DNA of 64,000 bases from Sphingomonas sp. (GCA_017304655.1 JAFKLY010000009.1:117136-181135), one strand, 5' to 3'. Positions 46,693-56,563 are shown, counted from the first letter of the stretch. The notes: generated by a model from the sequence alone, not told the origin. Made by a program: numbers and translations.

Positions 46693-46721
46693 GTGACGCG
46701 CAGGCGATGAGCGCCTATATC
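46693..46721 (+). promoter_or_regulatory. candidate sigma-70 promoter of rnpB
   Basis: GTGACG (46693-46698), a 17-nt spacer and TATATC (46716-46721), 9 nt before the predicted P1 5-prime strand. Confidence 0.35.
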
Positions 46722-46730
46722 GCCCGCGTG

Positions 46731-47156
46731 CCAGGCGGCCGGGCGATCGCGGCGGTTCTTCGTGAACCGGCGAGGAAAGTCCGGGCTCCACGAAACGACG
46801 GTGCCGGATAACGTCCGGCGGCCCCGGCAACGGGGTCAGGGACAGTGCAACAGAGAGCAGGTCACGTTTGTCTTCGGACTTTGGGCTTTGGCCGCGTGAA
46901 CAGTGAAAGGGTGCGGTAAGAGCGCACCGCGCCCCCGGCAACGGTGGGCGGCGAGGTAAACCCCACCGGGAGCAAGACCGAATAGGGGCGGCGCGCGGGA
47001 CTTGTCCCGCTAGGCATGTTTCGGCCGAGACCGCCCGGGTTGGTTGCTTGAGGCCATGCGAGAGCATGGTCCTAGAGGAATGGTCGCCCATCCGCCCGCG
47101 CGTCCCCTTTGGGGATACGGCGGCGGTGGACAGAACCCGGCTTACAGGCCGCCTGG
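46731..47156 (+). ncRNA. rnpB: RNase P RNA, bacterial type A
   Basis: P1 CCAGGCGGCC (46731-46740) pairs with GGCCGCCTGG (47147-47156). Universal blocks are GAGGAAAGTCCGGGCTCC, GGGTGCGGTAAGAGCGCACC, GGTAAACCCCACC, AGCAAGACCGAATAGGGG and ACAGAACCCGGCTTACAGG. Confidence 0.92.
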
Positions 47157-47246
47157 CGCACGGCTCTTCCGCCCATTCTGTCTTGCCGCCTAAACAACCG
47201 GCTGCGGCGGTCGTTCTGGTCCTCAGGTACCAGACCGAGGAAACAC

Positions 47247-47795
47247 ATGCCGGACACCATGCTTGCGTCCGACCGGGCTTGCGGCTCATGCACCGAGTGC
47301 TGCCGCACCCTGTCCGTCGATGCGACCACGCTCAGCAAACCTGCCGGCATCACTTGTCCCCATGTCGCGCGATCCGGCTGCGGCATTTACCCGGACCGGC
47401 CGGCTGACTGCCGCGAGTGGTCCTGCGGGTGGCGCCTCTCCGGCACGCTGGGTGACGAATGGCGCCCCGACCGCAGCGGCATCCTGGCGGAGATCCTCTC
47501 CGATGAGCGCGTGGAAGGCTATCACGGTCCAACCCTGCGCTTCACGCTGCTGCGCTCGCCTTCGGACGCGCTGTGGGGCCCGTTCATGGATCTGGTGGCG
47601 AAGGCCCTCGCGAAGCGACAACCGGTCTATTTGTGTCTCGCCGGCCCGCCGGGCTGTCCGTCCGCCAGCAGTTTCCTCAACGTGCCGGCTTTCGTCGCTG
47701 CCGTCGACTCGGGCGACCGGGAAGCGATCCGGCGCTGCTTGCGGCGCGCAGGCGAGTGTCTGGAGCAGCGCCATTGGGAGCGCCGCTCGGCCTGA
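47247..47795 (+). CDS. YkgJ-family Cys-cluster (CxxCxxCC) protein
   Basis: ACGSCTECCRTL...CPHV..GCGIYPDRPADCREWSC. GAGGA precedes the ATG at 47247. The 5-prime part of the track ORF overlaps rnpB. Confidence 0.7.
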   Translation: MPDTMLASDRACGSCTECCRTLSVDATTLSKPAGITCPHVARSGCGIYPDRPADCREWSCGWRLSGTLGDEWRPDRSGILAEILSDERVEGYHGPTLRFTLLRSPSDALWGPFMDLVAKALAKRQPVYLCLAGPPGCPSASSFLNVPAFVAAVDSGDREAIRRCLRRAGECLEQRHWERRSA

Positions 47796-47868
47796 CCGTG
47801 TCGTCCATGCCGGAGAAGGTGCAAGAGTGCCTTCCAGATGCCACCAAGTGCCGCTATCGTAGAGCGTT

Positions 47869-48405
47869 ATGGCACGAGCAGGCAGCAAGAACGACTGGGG
47901 TTTCCCTCGCTGGCGGGGCTATGGCTCTGCGCGCGAGGCTCAGAAGGTGCGCCTGTGCGACCGGCACGGCTGCGATCGGCCCGGCGACTGCCCCGCACCG
48001 AAGTCGCCCAACAGCCCGGATCGCTGGTATTTCTGTCAGGAGCACGCCGCCGAATATAACAAGGGCTGGGACTATTTCGCCGGACTTGACGAGGAAGAGC
48101 GCAACGCCCGCATGAAGGCCGAGCAGCGCGATGCCTCCGGCTATCGACAGAGCGCGCACAATCAGTGGGCCGGCCCGGGCGACGGCAGCCGCACGCGCGA
48201 CGAGATGCGCGCGCTCGACGTGCTGGGGCTGGAGAGCGACGCGGATTTCGAGACCGTGAAGAAGAGCTGGCGTGCGCTCGCCAAGGAATGTCACCCGGAC
48301 GTGCGACCGGGCGACGCGGAAGCCGCCGCCCGCTTCCAGGCCATTCAGGCAGCCTATGACGTGCTGCGCGCTGCCGAGGAACGCAAGAGCTGGAAGCCGG
48401 CATGA
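47869..48405 (+). CDS. J-domain (DnaJ-like) protein with N-terminal Cys-rich region
   Basis: C-terminal J domain LGLESDADFETVKKSWRALAKECHPDVRPGD..RFQAIQAAYDVL. Confidence 0.8.
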   Translation: MARAGSKNDWGFPRWRGYGSAREAQKVRLCDRHGCDRPGDCPAPKSPNSPDRWYFCQEHAAEYNKGWDYFAGLDEEERNARMKAEQRDASGYRQSAHNQWAGPGDGSRTRDEMRALDVLGLESDADFETVKKSWRALAKECHPDVRPGDAEAAARFQAIQAAYDVLRAAEERKSWKPA

Positions 48406-48707
48406 ACACGCGCCGCGCCAAGTCCCGCTGGACGAACACGATCCTCGTCTGCCGCAAATGCTCGAAAAAGCTGAAGGGCGGCTTCGGTCCGGACGGCAAG
48501 AAACCGCTCGCCAAGGCGCTGCGCAAGCATCTGCAGACCGGCAAGGGACGCATGGCGGACGCCGGCATTCTGGAGGTCGGGTGTCTCGACCTGTGCCCCA
48601 AGCGCGCGGTGACGGTAGTCGATGCCCGCCATCCCGACCAATGGCTGGTCGTGCGTCCCGGCGCCAATCTCGACGGGCTCGCCCACGAACTTGACCTGAA
48701 GGGCTGA
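48402..48707 (+). CDS. small thioredoxin-like ferredoxin-type protein, function unknown
   Basis: The Cys pattern CRKCSKK...GCLDLCPK and an ATGA-type overlap with the J-domain gene. Confidence 0.55.
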   Translation: MNTRRAKSRWTNTILVCRKCSKKLKGGFGPDGKKPLAKALRKHLQTGKGRMADAGILEVGCLDLCPKRAVTVVDARHPDQWLVVRPGANLDGLAHELDLKG

Positions 48708-48710
48708 GCG

Positions 48711-48911
48711 ATGCGCAGTACGTGGGACGGCGTCACCGTGCGCCTCTACCATCTCTCCGAGGCTGAAGGCGGCGGCGCCGACACGCTGATGTACGGCACG
48801 CTCGGCGAAGCACTGGCCCTGGCGGCGCAGCAGAGCGAGGATGTGCAGGCGGGCCTGTTCATCGCCACGGACAATGACGTGATCGCGTATCTCGACCTGA
48901 TCGAGGAATGA
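48711..48911 (+). CDS. small hypothetical protein
   Basis: 66-aa ORF starting 3 nt after the preceding stop, with coding-like composition. Confidence 0.4.
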   Translation: MRSTWDGVTVRLYHLSEAEGGGADTLMYGTLGEALALAAQQSEDVQAGLFIATDNDVIAYLDLIEE

Positions 48912-48980
48912 CCTCCCCGGACAAACAAGCCGCTCGCTGATGCGGGCCGCGTCTCGCCCTGCGGGTCTCCCTTTGTCCGA

Positions 48981-49658
48981 TCAGCCGGCGTCTTCGGCCC
49001 GCCCCTTGAAGCCCTGTGCCACCACGAACCATTCGACCGAGCCCTTGCGGCTGGAAGGTGGCTTGGCGTGCTTGACGGTCTTGAAGGCCGCTTTGAGCTG
49101 GCGGAGCAGCGCATCGTCCGTGCCGCCGGCAAACACCTTTGAGACGAAGGCCCCGCCCGGCCTGAGCGTCTGCATCGCGAACTCCGCCGCCGCCTCGACC
49201 AGCCCCATGGTGCGCAAATGGTCGGTCTGCTGATGCCCCACCGTGTTGGCGGCCATATCGGACATCACCAGATCCGGCGCTCCGCCCAGCTCCGCAATCA
49301 GCCGGTCAGGCGCCTCGTCGGCCATGAAGTCCATCTGCAGAATGGTCACGCCCGCGATCGGATCGACGGGCAGCAGGTCGATGCCCACGATCGCTGCCTT
49401 GGGCACTTTCTTGCGCACGACCTGCGACCAGCCCCCGGGCGCCAGACCGAGATCGACCACATGGCGCACGCCGTTCAGAATATGGAACTTCTCGTCGAGT
49501 TCGATGAGTTTGTAGGCGGCGCGGCTGCGATAGCCCTCGGCCTTGGCGCGCTTCACATAAGGATCGTTCAACTGACGCGCCAGCCAGCGGGTCGATTGCG
49601 CGGTCCGGTTCCGCGCGGTGCGCACGCGCGCGTCGACAGGTTTGTCTCCGCGCGCCAT
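48981..49658 (-). CDS. rlmE: 23S rRNA (uridine-2-prime-O)-methyltransferase RlmE/FtsJ
   Basis: STRWLARQLNDPYVKRAKAEGYRSRAAYKLIELDEKF, and VVDLGLAPGGWSQV. The ATG at 49658 overlaps the ppx stop. Confidence 0.9.
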   Translation of the reverse strand: MARGDKPVDARVRTARNRTAQSTRWLARQLNDPYVKRAKAEGYRSRAAYKLIELDEKFHILNGVRHVVDLGLAPGGWSQVVRKKVPKAAIVGIDLLPVDPIAGVTILQMDFMADEAPDRLIAELGGAPDLVMSDMAANTVGHQQTDHLRTMGLVEAAAEFAMQTLRPGGAFVSKVFAGGTDDALLRQLKAAFKTVKHAKPPSSRKGSVEWFVVAQGFKGRAEDAG

Positions 49659-50725
49659 CAGCCGAGCTTCCGGCTGGAGGCGCTGTCGAGCAGTGCGCGC
49701 AGAATGCCTTCGCGAATCCCGCGATCCGCCACGCCCAGCCGATCGGCGGGCCAGATGTCGAGAATGCTCTCCAGGATTGCGCAACCGGCAACCACCAGGT
49801 CCGCACGCTCGTCGCCAATGCAGGGCAGTGTCATCCGCTCGGCAAGGCTCATGCCCGAGAGGCGCCGCGCGATGTCGCGCATCGCCTCCGCCGGGACGAC
49901 GAGCCCGTCCACCGCCTGCCGGTCATAGCGCGGCAGGCCGAGATGAACGCTCGCCAGCGTTGTCACGGTGCCGGATGTGCCGAGCAACCGCACCGGCCCG
50001 CCCTTGGGCAGCCGCGCGGCGAAGGCGGCGAAGGCCGTGCGCATGCGGTGGAGCATGTCGGCATAGGCCGCCGCGCGTGCCTCCGCCCCCTCGCCATGGC
50101 CGGCCACCGTCTCGGCGAGCGAAACCACCCCAAGCGGCGCGCTCAACCAGTCGACGATACGCAGCTTGTCTCTTTCGCCTTCCAGCACCACCAGCTCCGT
50201 CGAGCCGCCGCCAATGTCGAAGATCATCGCGCGCCCCTCGCCGTCCTCAAGCAGGGACTGGCAGCCGAGTACGGCAAGGCGCGCTTCCTCACGCGCCGAG
50301 ATGATGTCCAGCATGATGCCGGTTTCGGCCTGTACGCGGGCGACGAATTCGGCGCCATTGGCAGCCTGGCGGCAGGCCTCGGTCGCGACGGAGCGGGCCA
50401 GCACGACCCGGCGCCGGCGCAGCTTTTCTGCGCAAACGGACAGAGCGGAAATAGTGCGCTCGATCGCGGCATCGGACAGGCGACCAGTCGCGGCCAGCCC
50501 TTCGCCCAGACGGACGATACGCGAGAAAGCATCAACGATCACGAAACGCTCCCCCTCGGGACGCGCGATGAGCAGCCGGCAATTGTTGGTGCCGAGGTCC
50601 AGCGCGGCGAGATTACCACGCAGGGGCGCCCGCCGCGCCACCTCTTCCCTGCTCCCGCCACCGCGCATACCGGACATGCCCGGCCTCATCGTATCGCGCG
50701 ACGCGGGCACGGCTCTGTACGCCAT
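49658..50725 (-). CDS. ppx: Ppx/GppA-family exopolyphosphatase
   Basis: LAALDLGTNNCRLLIA, RIVRLGEGL and IFDIGGGSTELV. The start is uncertain (50725, 50689 or nearby). Confidence 0.85.
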   Translation of the reverse strand: MAYRAVPASRDTMRPGMSGMRGGGSREEVARRAPLRGNLAALDLGTNNCRLLIARPEGERFVIVDAFSRIVRLGEGLAATGRLSDAAIERTISALSVCAEKLRRRRVVLARSVATEACRQAANGAEFVARVQAETGIMLDIISAREEARLAVLGCQSLLEDGEGRAMIFDIGGGSTELVVLEGERDKLRIVDWLSAPLGVVSLAETVAGHGEGAEARAAAYADMLHRMRTAFAAFAARLPKGGPVRLLGTSGTVTTLASVHLGLPRYDRQAVDGLVVPAEAMRDIARRLSGMSLAERMTLPCIGDERADLVVAGCAILESILDIWPADRLGVADRGIREGILRALLDSASSRKLG

Positions 50726-50915
50726 GACCGACTTTACCTTCCCCACCGGCACGCCAAGCGCCGGGACTTGAGCGAACGCTAGACCGGCCGGCGACCGGGT
50801 GCAAGAGACTGACGTTGCAGCCGATGACACCAGCACGGAAAGCCGATGCCGTCACAACGCACGGCAAATGCCTTGACCCCCGCCCGGCGCGGCGCTATCT
50901 GCGCGCCCTCTTCGG

Positions 50916-50989
50916 TGCCCGATCGTCTAATGGTAAGACTACGGACTCTGACTCCGTCAATCGAGGTTCGAATCCTCGTCGGGCATCCA
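50916..50989 (+). tRNA. tRNA-Gln (anticodon CUG)
   Basis: Cloverleaf folded by hand. Acceptor TGCCCGA/TCGGGCA; D arm GTCT/AGAC; anticodon stem ACGGA/TCCGT with loop CTCTGAC. T arm CGAGG/CCTCG with loop TTCGAAT, and an encoded CCA. 74 nt. Confidence 0.92.
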
Positions 50990-51125
50990 AGCTCCCCCCA
51001 TTATCGAAGAACCAACCCTGGCCGGGCGGCTGCGGGGCCGTGCACTGGCATATCGGCAGGGCCGCACACCGCCCTATCGCAGGGGGATCACCAGCCAAGT
51101 ACCACTCTGCATCCAGGACGCCGCG

Positions 51126-51185
51126 CGCTGGAAGTTCACGAAGTTCACGACACGGGGGGCATGAACTTCCGCTCCCCTCAGCTTT
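51126..51185 (-). repeat. 60-bp palindromic repeat element, copy 2 (inverted relative to copy 1)
   Basis: The reverse complement reads AAAGCTGAGGGGAGCGGAAGTTCATGCCCCCCGTGTCGTGAACTTCGTGAACTTCCAGCG. It differs from copy 1 by 6 substitutions and 1 indel. Confidence 0.7.
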
Positions 51186-51552
51186 GGTGAGACGCCGACA
51201 GGGCAGGCACCGGAGCCCGTGCCGACAAGCCTGCGCAGCCTGACCGGACGAGAGCCATGTCGTTGACCGAGAATGAGGCGCCCATTGCCTGCCACCTTTC
51301 GTTTTTGAACGGAAAAAACGCGTGCGGCAGACATGCCACGGCTGACGAGGTGTAGGACAGGGGGAAGAGAGTGCGACCTCCCTAGCCGGTGCGCAAGCGG
51401 GCGACACGAGGGGATGCGAGACGGTTGGGCTCAGCGGCTGCCAGAACCGCGACAAAATCGGGCTAGCTCACGATCTGATATCGCAGGCTTCGGCCGCCAG
51501 ATCGGGCGAGCCGCCCCCGGGATTACGCGTCGCTTCTCCCAAGAAGTCGCGC

Positions 51553-53841
51553 TCAGCGCAATTGGCCGACCAGTGCCTCCGGCCAGAACTGTTCGGCGAA
51601 GAGATCTGCCGGGACGGGCTTGCCGAAATAATAGCCCTGCCCCTTCGCGCAGCCATGATCGCGCAGAAAAACGCCGTCCTCGCGCGTTTCGATTCCCTCG
51701 GCGACGACATCAAGCCCAAGCTGCCCGGCCAGATTCAGGATCGACAGCACGATTGCGCGATCCTGTGGTGAACTGCGAACCGACTGGGTGAAGCTCTTGT
51801 CGATCTTGATCAGTGTCACCGGATAGGTGCGCAGGAGATTGAGCGACGCAAAGCCAGTGCCGAAATCATCGAAAGAGAGCTCAACACCGAGCTGTCGCAG
51901 CTCACGCAACTGATCGAGCACGACATCCTGCTGGTCGAGGATGATGTTCTCGGTGATCTCCAGTTCCAGCGCTTGTGGCGGCAGACCACTGGTGGCTAGC
52001 GCCTCCCGCACGGTCGCGACCAGAGTGTCGGCACGGAACTGCGCGCCGAACAGATTAACGCTGATCCGGAAATCCGACTGTTGGCGGCGCCAGACCGCAG
52101 CCTGGGCACAGGCGGTATTGAGCACCCATGTGCCGACCCGTGCAGCCAGCGTGCCTTGCTCAAGCGCGGGGAGAAACGCAACGGGGGAGAGCAACCCCCG
52201 CGTGGGATGTTGCCAGCGGATAAGCGCTTCTGCGCCGGTCAGCGCGCCGTCACGCAGCCGAACCTGCGGCTGATAGAACAGGCGGAACTCGGCCCGCTCC
52301 TCGGCGCGATGTAGCTCCGCTTCATACATGCGCCGGGCCACCGCCTCGGCCCGCAGCGCGGGGATGAACAGGCAGGCCCGCCCGCGCCCGCTGCTTTTGG
52401 CCTGAAACAGGGCGAGGTCGGCGCTGGTAATCAATTCTTCGACCGTATCGCCATGATCGGGTGCGATCGCCATGCCGCAGCTCGCTGTGACACGGACCTC
52501 ATGCTCATCGGCGATGATCGGTTCTGCAACTGTGGCGATGACATCCCGCGCTACGGCTGCCACGCGCAGCGGATCGCTGACGTCGGCAAGCAACGCAGCA
52601 AACTCGTCGCCTCCAACGCGGGCGAGGATGGTGGCCGGAGGCACTGCGCCCAGCAGCCGCTGGGTCATGGTCTGGAGGACAATATCACCGGCCACATGGC
52701 CAAGCGTATCGTTCACATCCTTGAACCCGTCGAGGCCGATGACCATCAGCGCCAGCGCCTGCCCCGCCGCCATCGCCTTCGCCGTATGCTCATGCAGCAG
52801 GTGGCGATTGGGCAAGCCGGTCAGGCTGTCAAAATTGGCAAGGTGGTAGAGCGCGTCACGCTCCCGCCGCTGCACGGTCATGTCGCGGATCGTCGCACCG
52901 AAGTGCATCTGATCACCTTCGTACCAGCGCGACCAGTACAGCTCCACCGGAAAGCGCGAGCCATCGCGGCGCAGCGCGGCCAGTTCGGTCGCAATATTGC
53001 CCGGCGACGCGCCGGCCAGCACCTTCTCAATGCCGGTATGAACGCGCGGACGATCCTCCTCGGCGACCAACCGATCCAGATGCGCGCCAACGATATCCGA
53101 CGCGTCATGACCGAACATGGCCGACGCGGCATCGTTCCAGGCCGAGATACAAGACTGCGGATCAAAACAGATAACGGCATTGGGCGATGTCGCGGCGCTG
53201 GCTTCGAAGCGCGATGGCTCCGCTGCCGCAGCGATTTCCAGCCGGCGCAATTCAAGCTGGTCCGAGGCAAGGCGGGCCAGTTCCTTGAGTCGCGTTCGGT
53301 CCTGCGCGCCAAACTGGGCATGTGCCGAAGAATCCAGAATGCACAGCGCGCCCAGCGCATGGCCCTCAGGCGTCCGGAGCGGTACGCCCGCGTAGAAGCG
53401 GATGAAACCATCCTGCACCAGCGGATTATCATGAAAGCGCGGATCGAGTTGTGCGTCCTCCACGACCATGACGTCGTCCTGCGTGATCGCATGAGCGCAA
53501 AAGGAAACCTCTCGCCGCGCATCATATTCCCCGATGCCCTTGCTTGAGGCGAGAAACACATGGTCACTGCCGATGATGTTCACCGCCGCTGCCGGCACAT
53601 CGAACATCCGTATGGCGATCTCGACGATCGGATCGAGCGCGGACAGACCCTGGCCTGCGCTCAACGCATAATCATCAAGCGCGGCAAGCCGGCCTTTCTC
53701 ATCCGCGATCTGGCTGGGACAGCGCACGAAAACCCTCCTTTGCGAACGGATGATGCTACAGCCTTGGTTAACAAAGCAAAAACACCTCGTCCCGGCACAG
53801 CAGGCCGCCCCAAATTGTGAGCGCGCAGCGTCAGATCCCAA
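51553..53841 (-). CDS. GAF-PAS-GGDEF-EAL signalling protein
   Basis: GAF-like N-terminus (RLAALDDYAL...FDVPAAAVNII), intact GGDEF (RVGGDEFAALL) and intact EAL (GAEALIRWQH, DDFGTGFASL, KIDKSF). The start codon is uncertain. Confidence 0.85.
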   Translation of the reverse strand: MGSDAARSQFGAACCAGTRCFCFVNQGCSIIRSQRRVFVRCPSQIADEKGRLAALDDYALSAGQGLSALDPIVEIAIRMFDVPAAAVNIIGSDHVFLASSKGIGEYDARREVSFCAHAITQDDVMVVEDAQLDPRFHDNPLVQDGFIRFYAGVPLRTPEGHALGALCILDSSAHAQFGAQDRTRLKELARLASDQLELRRLEIAAAAEPSRFEASAATSPNAVICFDPQSCISAWNDAASAMFGHDASDIVGAHLDRLVAEEDRPRVHTGIEKVLAGASPGNIATELAALRRDGSRFPVELYWSRWYEGDQMHFGATIRDMTVQRRERDALYHLANFDSLTGLPNRHLLHEHTAKAMAAGQALALMVIGLDGFKDVNDTLGHVAGDIVLQTMTQRLLGAVPPATILARVGGDEFAALLADVSDPLRVAAVARDVIATVAEPIIADEHEVRVTASCGMAIAPDHGDTVEELITSADLALFQAKSSGRGRACLFIPALRAEAVARRMYEAELHRAEERAEFRLFYQPQVRLRDGALTGAEALIRWQHPTRGLLSPVAFLPALEQGTLAARVGTWVLNTACAQAAVWRRQQSDFRISVNLFGAQFRADTLVATVREALATSGLPPQALELEITENIILDQQDVVLDQLRELRQLGVELSFDDFGTGFASLNLLRTYPVTLIKIDKSFTQSVRSSPQDRAIVLSILNLAGQLGLDVVAEGIETREDGVFLRDHGCAKGQGYYFGKPVPADLFAEQFWPEALVGQLR

Positions 53842-53926
53842 AGAGTTCCTTGATCCTGATCAATGAAGATGCGGCCGTCTCGGCCAAGACAGCACGCCAA
53901 TGACTTTGGTTTTGGAGCAGGATTTG

Positions 53927-54031
53927 ATGGAACATCTCGCACAATGGCCGGTGATCACTTTCCTCGGCATGATGGGGGCCTTCGGCCTCGTTCTGCTGGG
54001 CATCTCGATCCAGGATAATCTGAAGGCCTGA
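53927..54031 (+). CDS. 34-aa hydrophobic micro-ORF (speculative)
   Basis: Own reading gives GGAG, 9 nt, then ATG 53927, encoding MEHLAQWPVITFLGMMGAFGLVLLGISIQDNLKA with stop at 54029-54031. It is below the ORF-track length cut-off. Confidence 0.3.
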   Translation: MEHLAQWPVITFLGMMGAFGLVLLGISIQDNLKA

Positions 54032-54077
54032 CCCTGTGGGCGCTTGTCCTGCGTCATGACCGCCCTATCTGGGCGTC

Positions 54078-54569
54078 ATGGTCAACGCGCCCAGCTCCGC
54101 ATCCGATGAACCGGACGATCGCCCGCTGACCGATCCCGAGCGGGTGCTCGTTCGCGCAATGTTCGGGTCCGCAATCGACCTCGGCCCGGTGCGGATAAAA
54201 CAGCGCAAATGGTGGCCATTCCAGCCGCGCAGGACTGTCATGGCGCCGCGCGGGCACATCCATTTTCATCCTCGGGGCGAGAGTTACTGCGACTGTTTCG
54301 GTGCCGACACGCTCGCCGGGCAGGGCCTGTTCCTGCATGAGATGACGCACGTCTGGCAGCACCAGAGCGGGCTCAACCTGCTGCTGCGCCGTCACCCGTT
54401 CTGCCGCTACGATTATGAATTCGAACCCGGCAAGCCATTCGCCCGCTACGGCATAGAGCAGCAGGCCGAGATCGTCCGGCATGTGTTCCTGCTGCGCCGG
54501 GGCGTCTCGCTTCCGAACAAGCCGCCGCTCGCGGCGCTGGAAGCGATCCTGCCATTCGGCAAGGGCTGA
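54078..54569 (+). CDS. hypothetical protein with HExxH metallopeptidase-like motif
   Basis: LFLHEMTHVWQHQ. No other family features recognised. Confidence 0.55.
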   Translation: MVNAPSSASDEPDDRPLTDPERVLVRAMFGSAIDLGPVRIKQRKWWPFQPRRTVMAPRGHIHFHPRGESYCDCFGADTLAGQGLFLHEMTHVWQHQSGLNLLLRRHPFCRYDYEFEPGKPFARYGIEQQAEIVRHVFLLRRGVSLPNKPPLAALEAILPFGKG

Positions 54570-54617
54570 TAGACGGCCTCGTTCACCTGCGTCTCCCCAC
54601 GCGGCATCAAGGCTGCG

Positions 54618-55151
54618 TCAGGTCAGGGTCCCGTCGATGCCGGCCAGCATGTGATAACCGCCCCGATAGAAGATCAGCGGCGAATCGCCCGTCATCCGCT
54701 GCATCGCCCGCACTGCGCCCACGACCAGCAGATGATCGCCCAACTCGACCGTGCGCGCGATGTCGCATTCGATCCAGGCCAGCACATCATCAAGAAGCGG
54801 GAGTCCGCCGGGGCTGGTGCCATGGGAGATGCCCTCAAACTTGTCCTCATGACGCGAGGCGAAGCGCTGGCAAGTGGCAAGCTGATCGGCGCCGAGCACA
54901 TTGACGCAGAAGCGCCCGGTCTCGGCCATGCGCTCCCAGCTTCTCGAGCGCTTGTCCGGCAGGAAGCCGACGAGTGTCGGGTCGAGCGAGATCGATGTGA
55001 ACGACCCGACGGCCAGACCCCAGCGCTCGCCCTGCTCGCCCTGAGCTGTCACGACACACACACCCGTCGGATAACTGCCCATCACGTCGCGAAAATGCTT
55101 CGGATCGATCAACGCCCACTGCTCCCCTGTCATAATGGCGGCCATGGACAT
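54618..55151 (-). CDS. flavin reductase-family protein (FMN-binding split barrel)
   Basis: FRDVMGSYPTGVCVVT, GLAVGSFTSISLDP, and FYRGGYH. ATG at 55151. Confidence 0.85.
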   Translation of the reverse strand: MSMAAIMTGEQWALIDPKHFRDVMGSYPTGVCVVTAQGEQGERWGLAVGSFTSISLDPTLVGFLPDKRSRSWERMAETGRFCVNVLGADQLATCQRFASRHEDKFEGISHGTSPGGLPLLDDVLAWIECDIARTVELGDHLLVVGAVRAMQRMTGDSPLIFYRGGYHMLAGIDGTLT

Positions 55152-55279
55152 TGTGCACAATCCGCCTGCCCGATTCGACTGCCTTATAGGCATAAAATCG
55201 TTGCAGCCCTAAGTAGTTCGACGCGCCAGCACGCGCCTTCCGCCATTCAGAATGGCGAATCCGGATCGGTAGCCGGCGA

Positions 55280-56560
55280 ATGACCTTGACAGCATCGCCG
55301 TTCGGTATGATTTCGAGACCGATCTTCTTTCCGACCCCCAAAAAAGCGGAATTCAGCGCCTTGCCAGCCAGACCTGCCCGGTTCGCGATTGCCCTGACGG
55401 GCGGGGTCACGCTCCTGCTGGCGGGCTGCGGCTCGGGCGGCCAACAGGCGGGCGGGCCAGGTGGCCCAGGGGCAACCGGCCCCAAGACCGTCGGTTTCGT
55501 GGTCGTGCAGGCGCAGGACGTGCCGCTGGTGACGGAACTGCCGGGCCGGACCAGCGCCTATCAGGCATCCGACGTGCGCCCCCAGATTTCCGGTGTGATC
55601 CGCCGCCGGCTGTTCGCCGAAGGTTCGATCGTGCGCGCGGGCCAGCCGCTCTACGAGATCGAGCCATCGCCTTATCGCGCCGCCGCTGCCGAGGCAGAGG
55701 CCAATCTCGCCAGCGCGCAGGCCAATGCCGAGGCAGCCCGTGCCCTGGCAGAGCGCTACAAGCCGCTCGCCCGGATCGAGGCGATCAGCCAGCAGGATTA
55801 CACCAACGCCGTTGCCGCCGCCCGACAGGCCGAGGCCGCCGTGGCCCAGCGCCGCGCTGCGCGCGAGACGGCCCGGATCAACCTGGGCTGGACATCTGTG
55901 CCGGCGCCGATCACCGGGCGCATCGGCCGCTCGCTGGTGACAGTCGGCGGTCTGGTGACCGCCAATCAGGCGACGCCGCTCGCGCAGATCAACCAGCTCG
56001 ATCCCATCTTCGTCGATATCCAGCAAAGCGCGGCCGATCTTCTGTCGCTTCGCCGGCTGCTCGCGCGCGGCGGCGCTTCGCCGGCATCGGCGCAGGTCCG
56101 CCTCAAGCTGGAGGACGGCAGCGACTATGATGTGGTCGGCCAGGTCCGCTTCGCCGAGGCACTGGTGGACGCTTCGACCGGCACGGTGACGCTGCGCGCG
56201 CAGTTCGCCAATCCGCAGGGCTGGCTGCTGCCCGGCATGTTCGTGCGCGCGCGCTTTAGTCAGGCCGTCGACAAGGGCGCCTATCTCGTGCCGCAGGCGG
56301 CCGTGAAGCGGGATGGGACAGGCGAGGCGGAAGTGTTCGTCGCCGGCAAGGACGACAAGGCGGTCGTCCGCAAGATCGTCGCGCCGCGCACGCAGGGCGC
56401 ATTCTGGGTCGTTACCAAGGGCCTGCAACCGGGAGACCGCATCATCGTGCAGGGCACGGGCGATCTGCGACCCGGCCAGGCGCTCAAGCCAGTGCGGGCC
56501 GATACGCCGCAGACCGTCGCGCCAAAGGGACAGGCCCCCCGGCCCGGCACGGCGGGATAG
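55280..56560 (+). CDS. RND efflux periplasmic adaptor (membrane fusion) lipoprotein
   Basis: Lipobox TLLLAGCGS and PLYEIEPSPYRAA, with the coiled-coil hairpin and beta-barrel layout of AcrA/MexA. Confidence 0.88.
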   Translation: MTLTASPFGMISRPIFFPTPKKAEFSALPARPARFAIALTGGVTLLLAGCGSGGQQAGGPGGPGATGPKTVGFVVVQAQDVPLVTELPGRTSAYQASDVRPQISGVIRRRLFAEGSIVRAGQPLYEIEPSPYRAAAAEAEANLASAQANAEAARALAERYKPLARIEAISQQDYTNAVAAARQAEAAVAQRRAARETARINLGWTSVPAPITGRIGRSLVTVGGLVTANQATPLAQINQLDPIFVDIQQSAADLLSLRRLLARGGASPASAQVRLKLEDGSDYDVVGQVRFAEALVDASTGTVTLRAQFANPQGWLLPGMFVRARFSQAVDKGAYLVPQAAVKRDGTGEAEVFVAGKDDKAVVRKIVAPRTQGAFWVVTKGLQPGDRIIVQGTGDLRPGQALKPVRADTPQTVAPKGQAPRPGTAG

Positions 56561-56563
56561 GCC

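Noticed and set aside
46444-47289. 281-aa minus-strand ORF
   Set aside because: It lies antisense across the RNase P RNA gene, whose conserved structural blocks explain the sequence.
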